Shown piece by piece: positions 56,954 to 64,000 of a stretch of DNA of 64,000 bases. A model generated the notes under the pieces. The model saw only the letters and a list, made by a program, of their open reading frames with translations, had not been told where the DNA came from and ran no database searches. Positions within the stretch are counted from its first letter, which is position 1, and each line of letters starts with the position of its first letter. Source of the stretch: Actinomycetes bacterium (lineage in GTDB: Bacteria > Actinomycetota > Acidimicrobiia > Acidimicrobiales > SZUA-35); assembly GCA_024280015.1 (NCBI GenBank), contig JAJRQY010000069.1, positions 800 through 64,799 of the forward strand. The letters run 5' to 3'. The position numbers were made by a program, and so were the translations under genes.

Positions 56954-59479
56954 CTACAGATCAGCATTGACCACAGTGGAGAACTCTCCGTCCTGATCAA
57001 TATCGATCTGAACGCCTTGCCCATCGGCAAGCTCACCATCCAGAATCAAGACTGCCAGACGATCGGCGATCTCTGACTGGATCACCCGCTTGAGCGGACG
57101 GGCACCAAAGGCCGGGTCATAGCCAATGGCCGCCAGCTTGGTTTTTGCTTCGGAGCTGACTTCAACCGAGATCCTTCGCTCGGCCAGCCGCCGGTCAAGG
57201 ATCCCAAGCTGGATGTCGACGATCTTGGTCAGGTCGTCCTTGGTCAGTTCGGAGAAACGAACGATGTCATCCACCCGGTTGATGAACTCAGGCCGGAAGA
57301 AATCTTTGGGATCACCCTGCAAGTTCGAAGTCATGATTAGCACCACATTGCTGAAGTCAACGGTGCGGCCCTGGCCGTCGGTGAGGCGGCCATCGTCCAG
57401 GAGTTGCAACAAGACATTGAACACGTCCGGGTGAGCTTTCTCGACCTCATCCAGAAGCACCACGGCGTAGGGCCGGCGACGAACAGCCTCGGTTAGCTGA
57501 CCACCTTGGTCATAGCCGACATAGCCGGGAGGGGCGCCAATGAGTCGACTCACGGAGTGCTTCTCCATGTACTCACTCATGTCAATGCGGGTCATTGCCC
57601 GCTCATCGTCGAAGAGGAAGTCGGCCAGCGCCCGCGCCAGCTCTGTCTTGCCAACACCAGTTGGGCCAAGGAAAAGAAAGCTGCCAATAGGTTGACCGGG
57701 GTCCGACAAGCCGGCCCGACTTCGACGTATGGCGCTAGCTACTGCTCGCACTGGTTCGTCTTGACCAATCACTCGACGATGGAGTTCGTCCTCGAGTCGC
57801 AACAGCTTGCGTGATTCTGATTCCATAAGCCGGCTGACGGGGACTCCCGTCCAGCGACTGACCACCTCGGCAACATCTTCCTCATCCACCTCTTCCTTGA
57901 GCATGGTGAGGTTGGCTTGCAGCTTGGCCAAGGCATCCGTTGCTTCGGCAATCTTGGCTTCGAGTTCGGGCATGCGGCCATATCGCATCTCGGCGGCACG
58001 CTCCAGGTCGGGCTCACGTTCCAAGTCACGACCAAGGGTTTCTTGTTCTTCCTTGAGTTGACGAATGGTGTCAATGGCATCCTTCTCGTTCTGCCAATGA
58101 GCCTTCATCCCCTGAGATTGCTCCTTCAGATCGGCCAGATCGGCATCCAGCTCGCCCAGACGCTCGATCGAAACAAGATCAGTCTCCTTAGCCAGAGCAA
58201 CCCGTTCCATTTCCAACTGGCGGATCTTGCGTTCCACCACGTCGATCTCCGTCGGTAGGGAGTCGATCTCGATGCGGAGCTTGGAAGCAGCTTCATCCAT
58301 CAGGTCGATGGCCTTGTCCGGAAGGAAACGCCCGGTGAGGTAGCGGTCAGAGAGCTTGGCCGCGGCGATCAGCGCGGCATCTTGAATGCGGACTCCGTGA
58401 TGAACCTCGTAGCGTTCCTTCAGACCACGCAGGATGGCGATCGAGTCTTCAACCGTTGGTTCACCAACCAAGACCTGCTGGAAACGACGTTCGAGGGCAG
58501 CATCTTTCTCGATGTACTTGCGGAACTCGTCCAGGGTCGTTGCCCCCACCATGCGGAGCTCACCGCGGGCAAGCAAGGGCTTGAGCATGTTGGACGCATC
58601 CATGGCCGATTCGCCAGTCGCACCAGCACCAACAACGGTATGCATCTCATCAATGAAGGTGATGACCTCGCCTTGGGCGTCGGTAATTTCTTTCAGTACC
58701 GCCTTGAGTCGTTCTTCGAACTCGCCGCGAAATTTGGCCCCAGCCAGCATGGAGGAAATGTCAAGTGAAATGACTCGCCGATTGCGCAGGCTGTCGGGAA
58801 CATCGCCCTCGACAATGCGCTGAGCCAAGCCTTCGACGATCGCCGTCTTGCCAACACCAGGTTCGCCGATGAGCACGGGGTTGTTCTTGCGGCGGCGGCT
58901 AAGCACCTGGACGACCCGACGGATCTCTTCATCCCGTCCAATAACCGGATCGAGCTTGCCCGCACGGGCATCCTCAGTCAGGTCCCGGCCGTATTTTTCC
59001 AAGGCCTGAAACTGGTCCTCGGGAGTTTGATTCGTCACCCGATGTGAGCCGCGGACTTCCTGCAGGGCTTCGAGCAGTTCCTGTCGGGAGAGATCCAGGC
59101 GGCGAGCGGTTGCTCCACCTGGGTCGGGGTTGGCGAGGCCGAGCAGGAGATGCTCAGTGGACAAGAAGTCATCGCCAAGCTCACTTCTTACTGAGTCGGC
59201 ATCGGCCAGAACTCGGCTTGTCTGCTTAGAGAACTGGGCGTCACTTCCATAGGCCTTTGACAAGTCGTCAAGGGCTGCTTCGGTGTCCTTGCGGACAGTG
59301 CTTGGTTGGCGGCCTACTTTGGTCAGCAGGGGCAACACCACTCCCTCAACTTGTCCGAGAAGAGCGATGAGTAGATGGTCCGGCGTTACTTCTGCGTGCG
59401 AGTCAGTTTTGGCTCGCTCAATAGCAGAGGCAACAGCCTCTTGAGTTTTGATTGTCCAGCGGTTGGTGTCGAAGGCCAT
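56954..59479 (-). CDS. clpB: ATP-dependent chaperone ClpB
   Basis: Two AAA modules ([16 protein letters not shown]) and a coiled-coil middle domain. Confidence 0.96.
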   Translation of the reverse strand: MAFDTNRWTIKTQEAVASAIERAKTDSHAEVTPDHLLIALLGQVEGVVLPLLTKVGRQPSTVRKDTEAALDDLSKAYGSDAQFSKQTSRVLADADSVRSELGDDFLSTEHLLLGLANPDPGGATARRLDLSRQELLEALQEVRGSHRVTNQTPEDQFQALEKYGRDLTEDARAGKLDPVIGRDEEIRRVVQVLSRRRKNNPVLIGEPGVGKTAIVEGLAQRIVEGDVPDSLRNRRVISLDISSMLAGAKFRGEFEERLKAVLKEITDAQGEVITFIDEMHTVVGAGATGESAMDASNMLKPLLARGELRMVGATTLDEFRKYIEKDAALERRFQQVLVGEPTVEDSIAILRGLKERYEVHHGVRIQDAALIAAAKLSDRYLTGRFLPDKAIDLMDEAASKLRIEIDSLPTEIDVVERKIRQLEMERVALAKETDLVSIERLGELDADLADLKEQSQGMKAHWQNEKDAIDTIRQLKEEQETLGRDLEREPDLERAAEMRYGRMPELEAKIAEATDALAKLQANLTMLKEEVDEEDVAEVVSRWTGVPVSRLMESESRKLLRLEDELHRRVIGQDEPVRAVASAIRRSRAGLSDPGQPIGSFLFLGPTGVGKTELARALADFLFDDERAMTRIDMSEYMEKHSVSRLIGAPPGYVGYDQGGQLTEAVRRRPYAVVLLDEVEKAHPDVFNVLLQLLDDGRLTDGQGRTVDFSNVVLIMTSNLQGDPKDFFRPEFINRVDDIVRFSELTKDDLTKIVDIQLGILDRRLAERRISVEVSSEAKTKLAAIGYDPAFGARPLKRVIQSEIADRLAVLILDGELADGQGVQIDIDQDGEFSTVVNADL

Positions 59480-59546
59480 GAGAGGTCACTCCTTGCTTTG
59501 GGCGGAGGCTCCGGGGAGCCCCAGAATTGGTCGGCCCGCTGTTTTC

Positions 59547-59924
59547 TTAACGGCGCCGCTTATAGACCGTCACTGCTTTGGTGACGGGAACGATTTCTCG
59601 CCGGTGTTGACGATGGGCATCGTTCACTGCTTCTTTGGCAGCGATGCGTAGTTCATTCATCGCTTTCTTGGTTTCGTCTAGTTCGTTTTCCAGGGCAAGA
59701 ACTCTTTTGACGCCGGCCAGGTTGAGGCCCTCATCGGTGAGTTCAAGAATTCGTCCAAGCTTGCTCAGGTCGGCGTCGCTGTAGCGGCGTGAACCGCCAC
59801 CAGTTCGAGCCGGGCAGAGCAGGCCTTTTCGTTCATAGATTCGAAGGGTTTGGGGATGGACACCAGCAATCTCCGCCGCCACGGAGATCACATACACGGC
59901 GTGACTCGGTGACTTAGGATTCAT
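59547..59924 (-). CDS. hspR: Heat-shock repressor HspR (MerR family)
   Basis: YVISVAAEIAGVHPQTLRIYERKGL; last gene of the dnaK-grpE-dnaJ-hspR block. Confidence 0.95.
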   Translation of the reverse strand: MNPKSPSHAVYVISVAAEIAGVHPQTLRIYERKGLLCPARTGGGSRRYSDADLSKLGRILELTDEGLNLAGVKRVLALENELDETKKAMNELRIAAKEAVNDAHRQHRREIVPVTKAVTVYKRRR

Positions 59925-61108
59925 TAGCTGGCCTCGGAGTCTTTCGATGCGTGGCTCGGGTTAGGTGAACCATTGGGCGGCGTGCTCGGGGCAGCCGGTC
60001 GACCAAGAGCAAGATCGAGGGCTTCTACCGCTTGGCGTTGCTCGTCGGTGAGACTGCTTGGCACAACCACATCAACAGTGACCAGCAGGTCTCCGGTTGA
60101 GGACTTGGTTGTGACACCCCGTCCCTTTACTCGGAAGGTCTTGCCACTCGGGGTGCCTGCTGGCATCTTGAGAGTGACGGTCTTGCCATCCAGCGTCGGG
60201 ACCTTGATCTTGTCGCCGAGTACTGCTTGGGAGAACGACACCGGAACATCGACGGTGAGGTGTTTGCCTTTGCGGCCAAAGACCTTATGAGGGGCGACAT
60301 CGATGATGACGAAGAGGTCACCATGGGGACCGCCGTGTCGGCCTGGTCCGCCTCGCCCCTTGAGGCGGATCTTCTGACCGTTCTTGACTCCGGCGGGGAC
60401 ACGCAACTTGACCTGTCGTGTCTTTCGTTCAAGGCCAGTTCCACGGCAGGTTCCGCACTTGTCGGTAATGATCTTGCCTCGGCCGCCACATTGGGGGCAG
60501 GGCTGGCTGAGGGAGAACATGCCTTGGTTCTCGTCCAACACTCCCCGACCGCCGCAGCGGGAGCAAGTAGCGGGTTTGGTCCCCGGCTTGGCTCCTGAGC
60601 CACTACATGTGGTGCACGGAGCGTCGGAGATGACGTGGACCGAGGTGGTAACACCGTTGACGGCATCTTCGAAGCTGAGGTGGAGACGTGACTCGAGGTC
60701 ATCACCCTTTGTCGCTGGATTGGCTCGTTGTTGAGGTCCACGCCCGCCCTGACCAGCACCGCCTCGACCGAACACGCCACCGAGTAGGTCACCGAGATCG
60801 AGATTGTCGAAGTTCATGGTGCGACCGGCACCCGCTCCGGCTCCAGGATTGAATCCACCAAAGCCACCAGCAGGACCGAGGCGCCGCATCTCGTCGTATT
60901 CTTTGCGCTTGTCGCTGTCGCCAACAATGTCGTAGGCGGCGGAAATGCTCTTGAACTTCTCTTCGGCCTTCTCATCTCCGGAGTTGGCGTCGGGATGGTA
61001 TTTGCGAGCGAGTTTGCGGTACTTCTTGGTGATCTCTTTTTCGTCAGCGTCTTTGGCGACACCAAGCACCTTGTAGAAGTCTTTCTCTAACCAATCATGT
61101 TGTGACAT
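59924..61108 (-). CDS. dnaJ: Molecular chaperone DnaJ
   Basis: HPD J-domain and four CxxCxGxG repeats. Confidence 0.97.
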   Translation of the reverse strand: MSQHDWLEKDFYKVLGVAKDADEKEITKKYRKLARKYHPDANSGDEKAEEKFKSISAAYDIVGDSDKRKEYDEMRRLGPAGGFGGFNPGAGAGAGRTMNFDNLDLGDLLGGVFGRGGAGQGGRGPQQRANPATKGDDLESRLHLSFEDAVNGVTTSVHVISDAPCTTCSGSGAKPGTKPATCSRCGGRGVLDENQGMFSLSQPCPQCGGRGKIITDKCGTCRGTGLERKTRQVKLRVPAGVKNGQKIRLKGRGGPGRHGGPHGDLFVIIDVAPHKVFGRKGKHLTVDVPVSFSQAVLGDKIKVPTLDGKTVTLKMPAGTPSGKTFRVKGRGVTTKSSTGDLLVTVDVVVPSSLTDEQRQAVEALDLALGRPAAPSTPPNGSPNPSHASKDSEAS

Positions 61109-61176
61109 GTTCACCTCCTCGGTGCATCATCTTGTTTCGTGCGATATCAGTGGATGACATTGCCAGTTCGCGAGTT

Positions 61177-61845
61177 CTACCCCTGGGTTTTGACCATGGC
61201 TGGGCGGATCACGTGACCCTTCCAGCCATAGCCGATCCGTAGTACTTCGGCCACGACAAGCCCATCAGACCCATCGCCTTCTTCGTGCATCACGGCTTCG
61301 TGCTGCTCGGGGTCAAAGGCCGCTCCGGCCGGATCTAAGATTTCTAGACCTTGCCGGGTGAGGGCATCGAGCAGGGCCTTTTGCACCCGTCCGATGTCTT
61401 CAGGGTTTGATCCTTCGGCCGGATTGGCCATCGCCAATGCGCAGGCATCCAGAACTGGGAGCAATTCACTAACCAGCGAATCGTTTGCCCGGGCCCGGCT
61501 GTCAGCCTCTCGTTTGGCAACAGCCTTCTTGTAGTTCTCAAACTCGGCCTGGAGACGACGAAAGCCGTCCAGATAGCCATCACGTTCCTGCGCCACCAGT
61601 TCGAGTTCGCTGAGAGGGGGTGCTTCCGGAACGGAGGTTGGGTTCGTGGAGCCGGCGACACCGGCCGCCCCGGACTCAACCTCAGTTGAGTCCAGAAGGT
61701 CGGCAAGTTCAGCGTCAAGGGCATCGGCGCCAGTGGCAGGGGGTTCGCCGGCTTGGCCACCAGAACCGAATTGTTCCGGATCTGAAGCCCCGGCGCTACC
61801 CACGTCAGGCTCTTCGCCTGAGGAGTCTCCGGGACGATTGCTCAC
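61177..61845 (-). CDS. grpE: Nucleotide exchange factor GrpE
   Basis: [22 protein letters not shown]...IRPAMV. Confidence 0.95.
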   Translation of the reverse strand: MSNRPGDSSGEEPDVGSAGASDPEQFGSGGQAGEPPATGADALDAELADLLDSTEVESGAAGVAGSTNPTSVPEAPPLSELELVAQERDGYLDGFRRLQAEFENYKKAVAKREADSRARANDSLVSELLPVLDACALAMANPAEGSNPEDIGRVQKALLDALTRQGLEILDPAGAAFDPEQHEAVMHEEGDGSDGLVVAEVLRIGYGWKGHVIRPAMVKTQG

Positions 61846-63683
61846 TCGGAGTCCTCGTCATCTTCTTCGATGATCTCGGCGTCAACGACCTCGTCATCAT
61901 CAGGAGCCGCAGCTGCTTCGCCCTCACCACTGTCGGCCTCGGCCGCAGCTTGCTCATAGAGCTTGGTGCTGATGATTTGGGTTGCCGCCATCAGGGCGTC
62001 GGTCTTGTCCTTCATAGCTTCGAAGTCGTCTTCGCCAATGACTGTCTTCAGCTCGGCGAGGGCTTCCTCGACTGGGGCCTTCTCATCATCGCTGAGAGAC
62101 TCGCCTTGTTCACGCAGAAGCTTCTCGGTGTTGTACACCAGGCTGTCGGCCTCATTCTGAATTTCGGCCTCTTCAAGACGCTGCTTGTCTTCCTCGGCGT
62201 GAGCCTCGGCATCCTTGATCATCTGGTCGATGTCATCCTTGGACAGTTTGGACTCACCGGTGATGGTGATAGCGGTTTCCTTCTGGGTGGCCAGATCCTT
62301 GGCACTGACGTGCACGATGCCGTTGGCATCAATGTCGAAGGTGACTTCGATCTGGGGCACACCACGAGGGGCCGGGGGTAGTTCGCTGAGTTGGAATTTC
62401 CCGAGCGTCTTGTTGTAGGCCGACATCTCGCGTTCACCTTGCAAGACATGGATCTCTACTGATGGCTGATTGTCATCGGCGGTGGTAAAGGTCTCGGTGC
62501 GGCGAGTCGGGATGGTGGTGTTTCGCTCGATGAGCTTATGCATGACCGAACCCTTGGTCTCGATACCGAGGCTGAGGGGGGTGACATCAAGCAGGAGGAT
62601 GTCTTTGACATCGCCCTTGAGCACGCCAGCCTGTACGGCGGCGCCAACGGCCACCACTTCATCAGGGTTGACGGACTTGTTTGCTTCCTTGCCGGTCATG
62701 GATTCGACCAGTTCAGATACTGCTGGCATACGAGTGGAGCCACCGACCATGACAATGTGGTGGATGTCGTCGTACTTCATGCCAGCGTCTTTGATGGCAG
62801 CCTCGACAGGCTTGCGCACTCGGGCAAGGAGGTCGGCGGTTAGCTCTTGGAACTTGGCCCGGGTGAGGGTCAGTTCAAGGTGGAGCGGACCTTCGGCTGT
62901 TGCGGTGACGAAGGGAAGGTTGATCGAGGTGGACTGGGTAGTCGACAGTTCGATCTTGGCCTTCTCGGCTGCTTCCTTGAGTCGCTGGGCCGCCATCTTG
63001 TCCGCACCAAGGTCAACCCCGTGAGCGTTCTTGAACTCGGTAACCATCCAGTCAATGACCGTATCGTCCCAGTCGTCGCCACCAAGCTTGGTGTCGCCGG
63101 ATGTGCTTTTCACTTCAAACACACCGTCGCCAATTTCCAGGACGGATACATCAAAGGTTCCGCCTCCGAGGTCGAAGACCAGGATGGTTTGATCCTCGCC
63201 TTCCTTGTCCAACCCATAGGCCAGAGCAGCGGCGGTTGGCTCATTGATGATTCGCAGAACCTTCAGACCAGCAATGGCGCCAGCCTCTTTGGTTGCGGTT
63301 CGCTGGGCGTCATCGAAGTAGGCGGGAACGGTGATGACGGCTTCGGTGACGGTGTCACCGAGATAGGCCTCAGCATCGCGCTTCAACTTCATCAGAATAC
63401 GAGCGCTGATTTCTTGAGGGTTGTACTTCTTGCCGTCAATGTCGGTGGTCCAGGTGGAGCCGACGTGACGCTTGACTGACCGGATGGTGCGGTCGGGGTT
63501 GGTGATGGCTTGGCGCTTGGCCACTTCACCGACGAGCACTTCTGCATCGTCCTTGGAGAAGGCAACGACCGAGGGGGTCGTGCGTGCGCCTTCAGAGTTT
63601 GGAATTACTACGGGTTCGCCTGCTTCGAGAACGGCTACGACGGAGTTGGTGGTTCCGAGGTCGATGCCTACTGCCTTTGCCAT
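61842..63683 (-). CDS. dnaK: Molecular chaperone DnaK
   Basis: [19 protein letters not shown]. Confidence 0.98.
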   Translation of the reverse strand: MAKAVGIDLGTTNSVVAVLEAGEPVVIPNSEGARTTPSVVAFSKDDAEVLVGEVAKRQAITNPDRTIRSVKRHVGSTWTTDIDGKKYNPQEISARILMKLKRDAEAYLGDTVTEAVITVPAYFDDAQRTATKEAGAIAGLKVLRIINEPTAAALAYGLDKEGEDQTILVFDLGGGTFDVSVLEIGDGVFEVKSTSGDTKLGGDDWDDTVIDWMVTEFKNAHGVDLGADKMAAQRLKEAAEKAKIELSTTQSTSINLPFVTATAEGPLHLELTLTRAKFQELTADLLARVRKPVEAAIKDAGMKYDDIHHIVMVGGSTRMPAVSELVESMTGKEANKSVNPDEVVAVGAAVQAGVLKGDVKDILLLDVTPLSLGIETKGSVMHKLIERNTTIPTRRTETFTTADDNQPSVEIHVLQGEREMSAYNKTLGKFQLSELPPAPRGVPQIEVTFDIDANGIVHVSAKDLATQKETAITITGESKLSKDDIDQMIKDAEAHAEEDKQRLEEAEIQNEADSLVYNTEKLLREQGESLSDDEKAPVEEALAELKTVIGEDDFEAMKDKTDALMAATQIISTKLYEQAAAEADSGEGEAAAAPDDDEVVDAEIIEEDDEDSE

Positions 63684-63784
63684 GGAATCTCCTTGAGATC
63701 TGGGTTTCTTTGGGGTTGGTTCGGGGTGTGTCTGTCTTGACCGAACCCCGAGTGTCTGACCTGTCTATCGGCCATCTGTTTCCA

Positions 63785-63815
63785 ATACTAACAACCTGAG
63801 TGCCTTATTGTCAAC
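63785..63815 (-). promoter_or_regulatory. dnaK promoter (TTGACA-18-TAGTAT) overlapped by a HAIR operator GTTGACA-N7-ACTCAGG
   Basis: Partial match to the HspR consensus CTTGAGT-N7-ACTCAAG, upstream of the dnaK-hspR operon. Confidence 0.8.
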
Positions 63816-64000
63816 TTTATTGAGGCCGATAGCAGTATGCCTTGAAAGACAGGGCCTTAGATCCGGTCCACAGCAGGCAACAGGGACTGCTGTGACTGGT
63901 GTCGCAGCAGGGTTGAACCAAGACCAAAAGTCCAAGCAATCGGGTGGATCTGCTCTGCCGCATGGTCAACCGATGACCTATCTTGTCGGCTGTCCGGTGA

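Overview
High-GC, gene-dense core-chromosome segment of an actinobacterium, most likely Acidimicrobiia (inferred from mshA, F420-dependent LLM enzymes, WhiB, HspR/HAIR, RsiG and a caa3-type oxidase). Contents: a small accessory block of regulators, SDR, MFS, trpF and LLM/flavin enzymes (0-8 kb); the mshA-ybjN-proC-DUF62 cluster with an RsiG-like c-di-GMP anti-sigma factor; tRNA-Lys; two glutaminyl cyclase paralogs; a HelD-like helicase split into two ORFs; a LigD ligase domain; dut and orn; a whiB7/wblC-like gene with a uORF-terminator-antiterminator leader; cytochrome c biogenesis genes; a large cytochrome c oxidase operon; clpS; plsY; tRNA-Glu/Asp/Phe; purB and purA; and dnaK-grpE-dnaJ-hspR-clpB. 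No transposase, integrase, prophage or real CRISPR array was seen. The most striking observation is three genes heading the oxidase operon, directly upstream of the intact ctaCDE genes: a subunit I paralog that has lost all six heme/copper histidine ligands, a divergent subunit III paralog and a CtaF-like membrane protein. All calls come from reading motifs by eye; no database searches were run.
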